Assembly (NCBI GenBank): GCA_030141605.1
Contig: JAQGDQ010000061.1
Coordinates: 418,534 to 482,533, forward strand
Direction of reading: 5' to 3'
DNA from: Tubiluchus corallicola
Lineage: Eukaryota > Animalia > Priapulida
Length of the DNA: 64,000 nucleotides
Below the pieces are notes generated by a model, which worked only from the letters and a program-made list of their open reading frames with translations, did no database searches and was not told where the DNA came from. Of the stretch, positions 37,577 through 52,773 are shown one piece after another. Numbering within the stretch: position 1 is the stretch's first letter; each line of letters starts with the position of its first letter. Position numbers and translations under genes: made by a program.

Positions 37577-38589
37577 AGTTGTCGTGGTATAAGTGCGCTC
37601 TTTTTTGGCGCAACATTCGCAGAAAAGTAATGCTTTCATCATCCGTTTTATTTCCCAAAAAATTCCCTACTTGAAAGTAAAGATTCCAAAGTTAAATAAT
37701 AAAAATACGCAAATAGTGCTTGTATATTTAAATTCTCTTTATTAGAACGTTATCTAACTTTTTTTATCAACAATAACTCCGTTTCTATAAAGTATAGTGT
37801 GTTTAAATAACCTTATAATTATTTGAGTGTGCTTAAATAAGCTTACTATTGCTGTTCTTAAAACATGGCTGCACAAGGTATTCTTCGTAGGTAACTGAGC
37901 AGTAATAGTGCTTGTATAGCTCATGTATCTAGCGCAAAGTGATAATGCAAATGTTTGTTAGTTATACTAACGTATAAAGATTTAATTTAGCAAATTTCAT
38001 ATCGCATTGATCGGTGCTCTCAGTCTGTATTTAGTAGTTTGGAAAGCCTGTAATTACTTCACTGTTCAGTAATAGTGACGACCACAATTATTACTATTAG
38101 TAGACATGTCGATGACTCTAGAGCCTGAAACGTCAAAATTGTCAGGAAGTCCGACGGAATGCTTTTTGCGCGGATTCGCATATTACGCTGCACACGCACA
38201 TCGGGGGTGTTGCAAATGGAGTTTTTGTCCAGAACCTATTACGCTGCTTGTAAATTACATGAACACTGGTAACGTGTTTTAAATCTTGCGCTAAATTTGT
38301 TTGTAGCTACGAAGCCAGAGGAATAAAATAAAATAAAATAAATTACAACTGAGATCTTTCGCCAATTTGTAAGAAAAAAACTATGATGAAATTGATTAAG
38401 TTGAGGGGATAGCATGAATTCGTCCTTCTCCTCTCCTCTTCCTCGTCTTCCACCACCTCCTCCTCCTCCTTTCCTTTCCTTTCCTCCATATATCACTATC
38501 TATACCATCGTCATCGATCGCCTCGTTCTTCATTGTTCGTTGATATTGTCACTCTCATCGTCTATCTACTCGTGCAGTCGAGCATCACT

Positions 38590-38593
38590 AGCA

Positions 38594-38636
<43 letters not shown>

Positions 38637-38722
38637 TAGGAGCAGTAGCAATAGCAGCAGAAGCAGTAGCAGCAGCAGCAGAAGCAGAAGCAGCAATAGC
38701 AGTAGAACCAGCAGAAGCAGTA
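38590..38722. repeat. (AGC)n degenerate trinucleotide repeat
   Basis: Directly visible; source of the poly-A/S/C ORFs. Confidence 0.93.
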
Positions 38723-39388
38723 GCGAACGTGTTTACAAAAGCGAAAATTGAAATACAGTGCTACTGGACGGCGCTGTCTATGATTCATATCATAAAAATT
38801 TAAATTCCAAGCTTAGCGCTGTGTCAACACGTGATTTCACCACAAATGCGTGCCACGTCATAACTGAACTGACAGTGGCGGCACGGCGCTCGTTCATTGT
38901 GTAACGCGTTTCCAAGATGCAGAGTCCAGCTAGCGTATGACGTAATGCACGTTGTGAATTCCATAGTAATAGTTTTTTAAGTCATTCAATCAATATTCCC
39001 CTTTCAATATTTTACGTGTTATATCACTCTCAGCTATAGTTTAACATTGGGTTCGGGTTTCCTTTAATTCACTCACTTTACGTGAAGTCTTACAGGAATT
39101 TTTTATTTAATTACCGAACCTTTTATAAACTACACTTATCACGTGTATGCTGCCTACGCATTATCATATTTCCAACCGAAATTTAGATATAAAGTTAGAG
39201 TTTAGTATTACATGCATTTCAGTGGCTTTTTGACTTTTGTTGAATATGCGGCTAAATCTAGCTAGACCGACAAAGCAGCAGGTCAAAAGGTCCTTGATTC
39301 ACTGGTTTGTTAGCTTGTTTGTTCATCATATCCTTTTTCATTCTCCTAATTTCATTTGCTTGATTGTTTTTTCGTTCGTTCGTACTGC

Positions 39389-39810
<422 letters not shown>

Positions 39811-40057
39811 GCCTTTATCTAAAGTCGGCTTTATATTCAACAGACAACACATAAGCCTTTCACGAGGCTTTTATCGTCGACTGTAAATAACAAACTGCAC
39901 ATACATAACAGAGATTATTATTACCTCACTTTTATCCTAAATACCACGCGCTAGGCAGGGCAACGCAGGTACCATTTTTGAAATCTTTGGTATGATCCAT
40001 GCAATTTATCAAACGAACGACCTCCTAAATGGAAAGCGTTACCATTAGACTAACACT
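39811..40057 (-). mobile_element. tRNA-derived SINE, same core family as 7660-7930, with (TTA)n tail
   Basis: The reverse complement reads tagtctaatggtaacg...ggaggtcgttcgtttga...tcataccaaagatttcaaaaatggtacctgc...cctgcctagcgc...tttagataaaggc and runs directly into (TAT)n. Confidence 0.68.
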
Positions 40058-40121
40058 GTCTCATACATGCCGTCTATTCGTTCGTTCATTCATTTATTCA
40101 TTTACTCACTCATTCATTCGG

Positions 40122-40491
40122 CCATTTCAGATTTATCTAACTCAGTGATCTCTCCATTTCAGACTTATCTAACTCAGTGATCTCTACAAGACTGCGATGG
40201 TTTTTGTTTTTCCTGCTTAAGCGCACGTATCGTCTGACACTTATAACGCTAGCTGAAACTAAGCAAGTAGAAAATGCTTCTAAAATAAGATTGGTACAAC
40301 ATGATTTCTCGAAATGACTATAAAAATAGGAATACTTTGATACTTTGTAACTTACTTATATCAACACAGTGGCCAGTACAACATGGCAGTACAACACTCT
40401 CTCATGTATATTATATCACCTGAAAAGTACGCAGTACAACATGGCAGTACAACACTCTAAGGTATATTATATCACCTGAAAAGTACGCAGT
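40122..40491. repeat. Two short tandem duplications (32 bp x2 at 40122-40185; about 57 bp x2 at 40374-40491)
   Basis: ccatttcaga(t/c)ttatctaactcagtgatctct x2; cagtacaacatggcagtacaacactct...gtatattatatcacctgaaaagtacg x2. Confidence 0.9.
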
Positions 40492-40497
40492 GCGCGT

Positions 40498-41042
40498 CAC
40501 TTAGCCAATGTACAAACCGTCCGTCATGCCTTTCACCAGCCATACGTTTCGCCAGTTGTACACTTAGCCAGTAATACACTTCGCCATTGGTGATTTCGCC
40601 AATAAAATTTATGTACTTTGTTATTACCTTATCCGTTAATAAATTGTTTCAGTTCTTCAGTGCTACAGAACGCCAGTGCACAGTTTGCAGAAGTGCAGAG
40701 AAATTGTACTGGTAAAATGTACTACTTGAGAAGTGAAACATTTTATTAGGAAATATGGTAATGACATAGGAAACAAACTTAACTGGCGAATTGTACCATT
40801 GGCGCAGTGTGTATTGGCGAAATGCACCATCGGCGAGTTGAAACATTTTGCTAAGTGATAAGTTAATGGCACAGTAGAGAAATTTTACTGGCGAAATGTA
40901 TACTGGCGAGTTGTACCACTGGCGAACTGAAACATTTTGTTAATAGAATAGAGAAATGACAGATAGGCAGATATAGCAGAAAAATTTTACTCGCGAAATG
41001 TGCTTTTGCCGTAGCGTGTACTACCGAACTGAAACATTTTTT
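40498..41042. mobile_element. Foldback-type remnant built from ttcgccagt / actggcgaa repeats
   Basis: ttcgcca motifs at 40498-40605 face actggcga motifs at 40780-41040; same motif family as 45167-46716. Confidence 0.6.
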
Positions 41043-44000
41043 CAAAAGAACGATAGGCCTTAAAATTCAACGTGAACGCTCTTTCATGTTATAGGTTACA
41101 TAAAAAAATTAGTACGAACGGATTAAGTTCACGTGAAGTCTACCATTAGTAACTAACTATGTGGCATTCCTGCCAAGTTCACTTTTATTCATCAGTCCAC
41201 ACCTACTTCTCTTATAGATAATCATATTTTGTTAAAACTGTAGGTTTCTACTATCTCAAAAAATATTCATAAATAAACATTTTTGCACTGATCTGCTTGT
41301 AGTACTCGCCATAGTTGTTTATGGTGTTAAAGGTTCGTAAGACGAAGGTAAACCAAACGCAATAAAATGTAGACAAATCCGAATAAGCAAACAGCCAAAA
41401 ATAAGCCAAATCATTTCAAGACCATAACAATTCCAAAAGCGTTTCAGATAATTAAATAGTAGGTTAAAAACTATAATTAACGCGAGCCAAACTACGCGAG
41501 CACAAAGATTCCACCAGTGTGTTGCAGGTGTTTGCGAAAACAAAAAATTAAAGTACGGTGCTAGTGTACAACATTCAGTATGATATACAAAAACATGACA
41601 AATTTTAAGTTTAAAATTCAAATTTCAAGTTTATTGCTGTGCTTACACATTAAAGCTCTCAAAGGTGTGCATTACGTCACAAATTAACAACTCTGAACTT
41701 ACAGCACCTATTTTTTGTGCAGCGCATTTCCGTGATGTAGGTGCTAGTGCCAATGTACGTAACAGCGAAAGGCTATCCGCGCAAACTCGAAACTATGTTT
41801 CTGTGGTAATAATTCTTTTAAGAAAAGGCATCAATACTTTATAGGGTAGATTGTTTTGAGCTATAGTTTAAGATGGGGTCCGATTTTCCTTTAACTCTAG
41901 AGGATTCTAGCTAACGTCACGAATTCTAGGCAATTGATTGGCTGGTAGCACAAGCCAAATAGTATAAGAATGGTGTTTAGATTACAAAAATCGATAACAT
42001 TTGTGTAAATAACTAGCGACATGTACACAGTACAGTAACGGGCACAGTATACATAACAAATTGTACATTAGCTTTAAACTAGCGGTGTGGGTGAGTGACG
42101 ACGTCATGCAATGGTGCACCTGTGGCAGTTACGCGGGAAAATTTAAAATGCAAATAAATGGAAATTTCTCTTATCATAGCATCATATTGACAAAAGATCG
42201 GCACAAAGTAATATAGATCTTAAAGCTTATTTTTCTGAAACTTACTTTACAGAACCATTTTCTTGTCCTTTAAGAGTTTCAGAAATTGAAAATATAGTTC
42301 GAAGTTCTCATGAAAAACAGTAGCATATGACATTTTAAAACATCATGCAAAGATACACCATGCACATATACGAGTGCTTACGGTGAACAGTTTCTCGATG
42401 TCGTAAAGCCATGTAATTTCCGGTTATAAAGATTTCCGCCATTGCAATTTAAGAAACAAACCATTTGACGAAAATTGGTTATTTTCAAATGAGGATTTGC
42501 ATCGGCCGTGATGAGCTTATTGGGTATAAGTGTACAGAATTGTTGATAATTTACCCAGCTAATGATCACTGCTAATTGCATCTCACCCAAGCTATCATGG
42601 CTAACACGTAAAGAAATAAGTGCCCTAGCTACTGCATCAGTCTATTTAAGCCAGTCCTAGTATAAATCCCGGATTTAGTTTTACCAACTAAATTAGAAAT
42701 GAAAACAGACACTGACAAGTCTAAATTAACTTCAGCAGAGTGGACTATTACAGCGAATTGGTTATCAATATTACTACTTCGCTGCCTTATATTGATTGCA
42801 TTATAGTGTTTTTAGCTATTTAGAATTGTGAGGTATAAGCAAAGTGTTAATTGCAGGATATTTTAAGTGGAGAAGCAATTTTCAAGGGGACATGAATAAT
42901 ATTTTCTAAACTTTGCATTTATTCTGGGTTTAGAAATATTACTTAATTAGAATATTAGAATAATTTTTATTTCCTCTTCTTTTTTGTCCTCACTTCACTC
43001 CTGCTTTGGCTCGTCCTGCCTTGCCTCGGTTGCTTAGCCTAGCCTAGCCTTGCTGTGTCCTACCTTGCTGTACCCTGTCCTGATCTGCCATGTTCGTTTC
43101 TTCCTTTTCCCGTCCTCTCCTCCACTGTGCTTTCTGTCCTGTCCCACCTTGGTTTGGCCCGCCCTGTATCCTTTATTGTTTTTCTTTTTTTCATTCACTT
43201 CAAGCCTTCTCTCTTCATGCTTTCTTTTCATCTCTTTTCCTCGCAGAGAATAGGGTAGTGACCACGGTGTGTTTTAGCTACGGTTGTTAACTAATTCCAT
43301 TCTAACAAACTGACAGCCAAAAGAACTGCTTTTGGGTTCCATCTGCATCATACCGCTGATTATTTCTCTTGAAAAAATTAATTACCTGGTAATACATCTG
43401 CCAGTGTCTGATCTCAGAAGATTATCAAGACAGATTTCAGCGCTACGGGAACTGCTAGCGCAGCTAGTTGATTGATAAATTTTTGATTGCAGTGTGCCAA
43501 ACCGTAGAAAAAGCTGATTGTTACCTTTATGTTTCACTCACCGCTCTTCTTACCTTTTGTTCGCTTTTTCTTTTTAGGTCTAATTGTTTCTTTGATTTGT
43601 ATCTTTTTGTCACTACATCGCGTGTTTTAAGATCAATAGTCCTTTTAGTGACGGTACGGAGGAGGCAAAAGACATGTAGTGAAATAACAAAAACGGGAAA
43701 CGGAGAAAGCTTTCTTTGTGTAATGTAAAGTTTTCTGATAACAGTATTGTAACAAAGGTTAGTTTTCCAAGAAATATAATATTTATGTAACTTAATATCT
43801 ATACAACAGTTTTATCGAGTGGTCGCTTGCCGATGTTACCAAAGTTGTGTAAGGTTTATGTTTTTTCTATAGAATTGTTTTATGATGCATTAATATATTT
43901 ATAACTTTCTTAATCGCTTTAATTATTTTTTTCATTAGATTATATAAGCTGGACTTTCATATTAAATATCAATACTCACCCGCAATCCGTTATTTCTTTT

Positions 44001-44684
44001 AAACTTTTCTAATTATCTCGTGTCTAGCGCAGAAGTGATTAAAGTATTGTTTGTGTACATTTTGCAATTTGTCAGCTGATAGTCTTGTTTCATAATTTGC
44101 GAATGTATGTGCGTATTTTACGATTTTGATTTTTTAAATTTTTAGATTTTTTAGATTTTATTATTTTGTTTAAGTTTCACCTCATACCGTACAAGTAAAA
44201 TCATCATTAATTAGGCACTATAGGTGAAATGAGCCACTTTATTTAAACTGTTAAAAAACACATGCAATATGCACGTTAACTATTGACTGAACGTATATTT
44301 TTGATTGTATATTTTGTTTTATTTTATTTTAATAATAATTTTATCGGGTCAATAAAATTCAATAATAATAATAATGCGCAATAAATTATGTAACTGCCTA
44401 TTTGATGGGTGGATGGCAGGTCGATGAGGATTAAATAGATTGGCTGGCGGTCGGGGGAGGAGTCGACGAACAAAAGTTGAAATTTAAAACAGAATTAAAT
44501 CAGATTCAGCTACCTATGAGCTATATGTTCAACAAAAAAGTGTTGTTAGTATTTCAGCCGCTTCACGTCATTTTGATAAAAAAAACTTCTGTTTCACAGT
44601 AAACTAACGTTTACATATTACATCGTAAATATTATCTTGTTTTGTTGATCTCTTCCTTTTAAAACTTCCACGTAGTAATATAAC

Positions 44685-44687
<3 letters not shown>

Positions 44688-44734
<47 letters not shown>

Positions 44735-44887
44735 TGAATTATCACCATCATTTTTTGTAAACATATTTGTACTGGCACCAATTACCAGCAATTTAGATGT
44801 CACATTAAGTGTTTTCATACTATACCTGTGTATCATTAACAATGTAGCTTCGTTAACTGACTATTCATCCAAAAGTCAACAGCAAAG
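44688..44887 (+). repeat. Dispersed approximately 160-bp repeat attached to (CT)n, copy 1
   Basis: ctcgtgaattatc...agtcaacagcaaag is near-identical to 48651-48808. Confidence 0.9.
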
Positions 44888-45166
44888 CCAAAACACTCCA
44901 TGCATGCATGTATTTCTATCAACAATGAATGAAAAGCTACTGGATTCAGCATGATAGGCGAATTTGGCAGACAGCCGTGAGGCATGCGCATTTTTATCTT
45001 TTTCAAGACACCCACAGCCTATAATTAAAGATTTTCTCTTCTTGCCTTACTACCTGTCAACAAATTATACTCATTTGTGCAGTGAAAAGACTGTAAAGGG
45101 ACACTTTGTTTATGTTTTAGCCACCAAAGGTTCAAATTGAAACTACATTTGTTTTGATTGTATGTC

Positions 45167-46716
45167 GTTTCGCCAAGGCACAATTCGCCAGTGCATGATT
45201 TTGCCAGTCTACCTTTTTGCCACTCTATTATTTCACCAGTTTATTTTTTCATCAGTCAATCATTTTGCTAGTTGATAACAGAAATAGTGTAACAAGTATT
45301 TAAATAGTAGTACACTTCGCCAGTGCACATTTTCGGCAGTCTTTTGTTTCGCCCCCTGGGCACGTCCTTATCAGGCTATAAAGAGGAGTTCTTTCCCTAT
45401 TGGACCCCCTAAGCGTTTGAACCTCGAGGTCCTAATTTTTCAGAATCTTACCAGGGCTTTTTCATTAACTAAGTGTAAACAGAAGCGCCCCCTGCAGTCA
45501 AAATGTGTTGCAGATTGTCTGTTCCTTAATGCATTTTCTCTGTTTCAACTTTTTCGTGGGTGAAACCGTTGCCCTTTTATGGACCCTTTTCTGGACCCTC
45601 TGGAAACTATAACTCCCAAGTCACATGACTAACACGGAAGACTTAACTGACCTTGGCCTACGAGCCCTAGAAGCCATTAGGACCTCGGGGTCCTAATTTT
45701 TGTGGAACCTCAACAAATCAAGGCCCATGCGTTACTCAACGCTGCAGCACCACCTATCAATATGGCACTCGGCGCTGATAGTCCAATCAATTCTCTATCC
45801 AACAATGTGCGGCATAATCACCATCGTCACACGGCTGCCACGCTACGGCCGTTTTCTAGACACGTGTCTGTGCCATACTTAAAGCGTGTGACAAAAAAAT
45901 CAGCATTTTCAACTATGGAAGCCTAACTTCCGGATGACTAACACTGGCGATAGAGCTGTCTTCCGCCTACCTGTAGACGCCACTCTTGTGCCTTGAGGTC
46001 TTAATTTTTTCGACATTTCACCAAAACTTTACCCTTACTTTACTCAATATTGAAGTGCCACCTACGAAGATGGCGGCCAGTGGCGATAGTGCCGTCGATC
46101 CAACGGTGTGCCACTTACTTGCGTTTATTGTGTAAAGGCCGTTTTTCCAAACCTTTTCCTCTCTAGTTAAGCTATAGGAATTCAAAACATTGGCCCGCCA
46201 CAATTAACGTATAGAAAAAAGGGACGATTTTGAGGAGCCGTTACTCCCAAAAGAAGTGGTCCCTAATCATTTCTGTCCTGGTGGTAACCGTCTTAAACCA
46301 CGACCTCCCCCAACGTTCAGCACCTCATCTGCAATCAATTCCCCAGATCCATTTTCATGCTCTTAAAACTACGAAATAACCATAACACTGCACTGGCGAA
46401 GTGTAGCACTATTTAGATACTTAATACAGTGTTTCTAAATAGCACACTGGCGGAATGACACACTGGCGAAGTATACTCCTATTTAGATACTTACTGCACT
46501 ATTCATAGCTGCAACTGGCGAAATGACACACTGGCGAAAAAATACACTGGAGAAAAGATAGACTGGCGAAACGATGCACTCGCGAAAAAGTAGACTAGCA
46601 AAATGATAGACTGGCGAAAAGACAAACTTTCAAAATGATAGGTTGGCAAAAAGACAGACTGGCGAAATGATAGATTGGCGAAACGATAGACTGGCGATAT
46701 GTAACACTGGCGAAGT
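45167..46716. mobile_element. Foldback-type element with ttcgccagt/actggcgaa repetitive arms and a GC-richer internal region
   Basis: Left arm 45167-45355 and right arm 46390-46716 include the matching spacer aagtatttaaatagt / actatttagatactt. Internal diverged repeats gaggtcctaatttt occur at about 45427, 45688 and 45995. Confidence 0.72.
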
Positions 46717-47761
46717 GGGTGGTTGACATTTATTTTTCGTGTTTATGCTTACTATTCCAACACAATCAATTGGCAAGCTAAGCACTATAATGATGTTTGG
46801 GTACGACACTGTGGAGGAAAGATTACATCAAAATCAATTTTGTCATGCTACCTTTTGAATGTTAGGCGCTTTGTTGACAATAAAGGATATTAAAACGATT
46901 TATTATTTATTGCATACGTATTATTTTAACACAGTCACCAAGCTAGAAGCATTAATAATAATCTTGACGTTAAGATTATTATAATTAATTCACTAATATG
47001 TTGTTTCGTTGTTGCCAAACATATATGTTATTAAGCAATTATCCAGTGTGACCTTTTGTATATTCGGATTAATCTTACGAATTACATATAGTATAAAAAG
47101 CATTAATTACTTCTATTATTGCATTTTAAATGTCAGAGTATTTGGCTACAATGATATTAACGTTTTTTAGACATGAAAACTTAGACTTAGACATGAGACT
47201 TAGTTTGTTTTTGTGGATGTTTGGATTACCCGACTTATCAAAACTTGTACAAAAATTCTCAAGCGGTTATTTATCAAAGATCCACTAAAACTTTGCGAAA
47301 CGTTATATCAAAGCGCGTCAGTTAAGAACCTTGATAAATACCACATAACGCATCCTTTTGCGAGAATGGTCTTATACGAATAAAAGCGTCGTAAGACGGT
47401 TGATCAAATGGATTTTTTCTATAATGCGCTCGTTATCCGAGACGTAGCCTCCCAAGTGCACGGCAGTTACGCACCGCACGTACCATTTAATGGTACAGAT
47501 GGTAGATACTTCACAAGCTTTTTGCTGTGCTGTGCTGACATGAGACATCTTTGCAAATCTCCTGCTGCTGGTACTTTAATTAGTTTCTCATCATTGAAGC
47601 AGCTCGTCGTTGTAATGAAGACTGTGACCCGCTGCGAAAATTACGCCTGATGCCTGTTGGCTAACTTTTACAAGGCGCAGTGATCTTCTACAGACTCCAT
47701 TTTCCTTTACTTCGGACAAGTTTGATTTCAGAATTTGGTATTTGTGAGTTTATTTCATCAT

Positions 47762-47925
47762 GAAAACTGGCACGCACTAGGGATCGAAATTAGGGTTAGA
47801 ATCCCAGCGACGCAACCTGCTTGACTATAAACACTTTTGTAGTCTAGTGGTACGGCATTGGAGTGATAAGTCAAATGTCTCTGGTTCGAAACCTAACTCG
47901 TTCCGATTTTTCACACTTCATTTCT
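47762..47925. repeat. Head-to-head pair of degenerate tRNA-like units
   Basis: Plus unit: tagtctagtgg (A box)...ggttcgaaacc (B box)...ccgatttttcaca. Minus unit: tagtcaagcagg...ttcgatccc...gcgtgccagttttca. Confidence 0.55.
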
Positions 47926-48514
47926 TTTTTTAAGTTCAGTTTGGAATTTGAATACAAAGAAAAACGAGGTGTTTTGCAACTGAAATGACAAAAGCTCGTC
48001 CCATACATTCAATTTGCTATGTAGCTTCTCTCGCCTAGAACGCCTTCAGTTGTCTTGTGCTAGAAATGTACTTAAATCTTTGTACAATAAGCAGAGATGA
48101 TAACGACGCAATGGATAAAATCTTATGTGATAATGCACACGATGAAATAGCAGAACAGAACAAGTTATCGTAATTTAATTACTTGCTGAGAGTTGGACGC
48201 AGGTTGATGGAAATGCGATAAACGCTATAGATTTTGTACCTCGATGATCAATTCGACTGAAGGTGAACCAATGACAAGATATAAAACTCAACGCGTATTG
48301 ACTGCTCTCCAAGGGCAATTTGGCAAAATGAACGCATTCAATAGTGATTTTGCTGCTTGTGGAGAGCTTTCCAAGCAAAGATGTGATCACAGTACTACGT
48401 AAAATATGCAGCTTCAGAAAAATGACCGCGTCTACGAACTCAAATGGTCTTTTTTTCACTGCATCATTTCTGTGCTGTGTTTCTTCTTTCTCACTTCTAC
48501 TTCTCTCCCTGCTG

Positions 48515-48605
48515 ACTCACTCACTCACTCACTCACTCACTCACTCACTCACTCACCCACCCACTCACTCACTCATTAACTCACTCACTTACTTACTCGC
48601 TCTTG

Positions 48606-48638
<33 letters not shown>

Positions 48639-48808
48639 CCCCTCTCTTTCTCTCGTGAATTATCGCAATCATTTCTTGTAAACATATCTGTACTGGCAAC
48701 AATTACCAGCAATTTAGATGTCACATTAAGTGTTTTCATACTATACCTGTGTATCATTAACAAGGTAGCTTCGTTAACTGACTATTCATCCAGAAGTCAA
48801 CAGCAAAG
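48515..48808 (+). repeat. (TCAC)n + (CT)n + dispersed approximately 160-bp repeat, copy 2
   Basis: Direct repeat of 44728-44887, about 3.9 kb downstream. Confidence 0.9.
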
Positions 48809-49711
48809 AGGTCATCATTACTTATTATTAATTTATTGACCATTAAAATTTCACATTAAAAAATGAATGTGTTTTTTATATTAAAATAATATAAAAAACT
48901 CATTTATTTTATAGTAAAGTTTATATTAAAAATCTCGCAGTAAAATCATTGCACAATTTAAATCAAACAAATGAAACATGCAGCAACTACAACACATTCG
49001 TGATAAAAACCATTATATTAAACTGCACTGTGTTCAGGGATGAACGTGGACAGCAATAATTAAATGCGGGCAGTAAAGGAGATGTCGATAACAAGAACAA
49101 GGAAATCATGATGTCGACATGACGTCAGTCATGGCTTTTGTCTGATGAAGATCAGGGTCATCTCTACATCATCTCTGTAACTCAACATCGTCGTCATCCA
49201 CGGCACGTGCAGTTTGCAATAGTATCAATGACTACGTTCATTAAGCGCACTCATTCATGTAATGAGAGAAGCGTATAAGAGGTACCTTACATTATCACTG
49301 CATCCCTCAATTATTAATAATGAAAAAAGCCATTAGTTGCTCATTAAGTTACCATCATATTATTGAATTTAAAGAGAACTTGCTTGAAGCCACGAAGTGA
49401 AGTTGCAGAAGCAAATGACAGCGTAGGTGGGGGAGGGGCGTTAAAAATGATCATTTATCATTTATCAACCCACTTCATTATGCAGTCAATTAATACAGCG
49501 TGAAATGCAGTTTTAGTGCAACCATCTATAAAAATAGGAAAGTAAACCGATATGTAGCTGTACATGGACGCTGAAACTGCATCCTAAATGTTATAGCAAT
49601 CATCATCACTACGATCACTACTCCGTCATGACCGCCATTGCCATGATGGGCATCATTATCATTAATCATGAAAATCATTACCATCATAATTCGTGGTTTC
49701 TTTATAATTGT

Positions 49712-50224
<513 letters not shown>

Positions 50225-50602
50225 CGATTGCCTCTGTGATTACCATAGGTTGCAGATCCGCCCGGAACAAAAACGGGGGATTTACGTTCTACCTACTAGA
50301 GGTGATAAGTTTTTCAGACATTCTAATTTAGCATTGCTTTCTCGTGTGTGTTTCTCTTTTTCTCCACCATCTTTTTCTCTTGATTTCTGAATAAATGAGC
50401 GAGCAAGTGTTTTAATAGACGGCTAAATAACCAACTGAATACATTGATGATAAGTGATTGGATTAGTAAATAAATTATTTAGTAACTGAAAAACGAACTT
50501 GGTAGACAAGTAAGTATAGCAAGTAAATTAACAGACAAATAAATAAATGAAACAGCAAAAAGAATGAGTGAATGAGTGAAAGTATGCTGGCGAGATAGTA
50601 AG

Positions 50603-50657
50603 TGACTGACTGACTGACTGACTGACTGACTGACTGACTGACTGACTGACTGACTGA
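50603..50657. repeat. (GACT)n microsatellite
   Basis: Directly visible. Confidence 0.95.
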
Positions 50658-51883
50658 ACAGCTGAATGAACAAAATGAGTGAGTGAAAGTATTGTATGGT
50701 GTGTATGCGCACGTGTGCGTGAGTGTGTGAGTTAGTAAACGAAAAGGGGTGAAACAGCAAGTGAGTTAAACAGAACAATCAAAATTTAACTGCGCTGTGA
50801 CATTGCGAAGTACACGGCGGCTGCGTCTACCCAGATGAGATTGTGTGAGTTCTTCAGTTCATTAATAAATACGTTGTAGTCATTCCCGGTTGCGTGCCTC
50901 AAAAGCCATTATTTTCTCGCATTACTTTGCACTGAGGCATTATGAAGCCCGTGTGGTTTTGACACACACAAAAGCGTGTAAATAATTACGAGACCGAGTT
51001 ATCTGACACGAGTCTGCGCAAATATTTGCGTCTGAAATTGAAGCGAAAAAAACGAAGAATGGCGGCAATTGTAAGACGTGGCACACCAATATTACTCCAT
51101 TCCTGAATCTTTGAAAAGATTACACGAGCTTTTACAACTGCACAAACTGCAAATTTTCTCAATGCGTGGCAGAATCCCAGCTAAAATTTCGGCTAATAAC
51201 TGTCTTTTCTTGTTCTATTAATCAGACTGCGGCTTACTGTTTTCACTTTCTTGCCGGTAGTTCAACCACAGATTAGTAACTAGTCTAAAGAGCTTTTAAA
51301 CTAATTACAGCACTGTGGTTCATTTCAGCTGTTTGCTTTATTTTGTTAAAGAAACCCGTGTAGCAACAGTAGAGTCGCTCTATGTGTGCTTAACGAGGGA
51401 AAGTATTTAGTAAGGAGATGGGTGACCGCCCGAAAAACTACCTCTGGGGTTTTTACTTTCTATATTGCGTCTGACTATCTACTTCGTTAAGCCAAGATGT
51501 GTACTAAGTGTGCTTATCTAAGCTAAGGCAGCACTGACAGTTTCTCATCTTACAGGATTATACCCTTGATCGCTTGATAATCTTCTGCATTAGGTAGGGC
51601 TTTGTCGTTGAGTCCTGATTTGCAATGCGCCAAAATATATACAAATATATACACTTTTTATTTATGTTTATGGCACTAGAGCATTATATATGTATATATG
51701 TGTGTGCAATAAACTGTATTCCACATTTCAATATTGTAAGAAGATTGATATACAAATATATACAATTTTTTAATTTTGTGATTACGATTATGGGCACTAG
51801 AGCACTCGTGTATGTGTGCAAAGAACCACATTCCATGTTTCATGTTTCACTGTTATAAGAAAAAAAGCTGGTTATATTATCTG

Positions 51884-51998
51884 GGCCCAGTTTCACAAAG
51901 CCGTCACTAAGCTAACGACGTAGTTACTACATTCACTTACGTATTAATAACGACGTCGCTAAGTTAGCGAATGCATTAAGTTAGCTATAAACTGAGCC
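51884..51998. mobile_element. Short palindromic MITE, PIF/Harbinger-like, CTG target duplication
   Basis: ctg|ggcccagttt...ctaagctaacgacgt...acgtcgctaagttag...aaactgagcc|ctg. Confidence 0.6.
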
Positions 51999-52773
51999 CT
52001 GGTCTAGAATCAATGAAACAAGTGATAACTGCATTATTAGTAGTTTTCTGAATGTGTCAGATGTACGGTATAGATCAAACTTCGTATGCAGGTACAATAA
52101 CAATTCTGCGCATACGATAACTTATTTTGTACATAATATTTTCCCTGATGTCTAATTTTACGTGATTCTTTTAGTTGCAGATTTTAAACATTGTGCGCAA
52201 TAGTTTAGATTTTTAATGTATGTATAATATGGCTTTAAGCTGAAATAAATTGATAAACAACAATTCTTAATGATTGCATCATTAAAACGTACACAATTTG
52301 CTGAAATTAGAACGATAGTTTAATCCCTTCACTTTTATTCCGTTCACTACTTTATTTTTATTTTTGTTGTCGTCCGACAAATTTTGCCATTTTTTACGTT
52401 TGATGAGTGTAGTAGCAGTAATAAAATGTAATAATAATTCAAAATTTTTGGCTTAGAATAGCCAAGAAAATCAAGCAATGATTTTCAATTCAACAACTGT
52501 TTAAAGGTCGCACAATAAGCATTTACATATCACTGTAAAGACCAGGACTGTAACTTATTATACGACTACCGATCTGTCAGCTGTCAGGTACAATGATGTA
52601 AACGATGTCAGATGAGCATTGAAGAGTAAAGCAACGTCCATATTTGACAATGGAAACGGTAATGGGAAACGGCAATCCGGAACGAATCAGTCTTCGTTGA
52701 TAATAATTACGATGCATCAATTCAGACATTGTTCGCATAGATAATATCTGCTTTTCCGCCCACTTACCTAATA

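Noticed and set aside
38414-38803. Poly-Pro/poly-Ala ORF
   Set aside because: Explained by (CCT)n and (AGC)n repeats; no domain or splice support.
51405-51445. 5S rRNA box-C-like motif (ttagta...gatgggtgaccgcc)
   Set aside because: Only about 25 nt resemble 5S; not a gene, at most a decayed SINE fragment.
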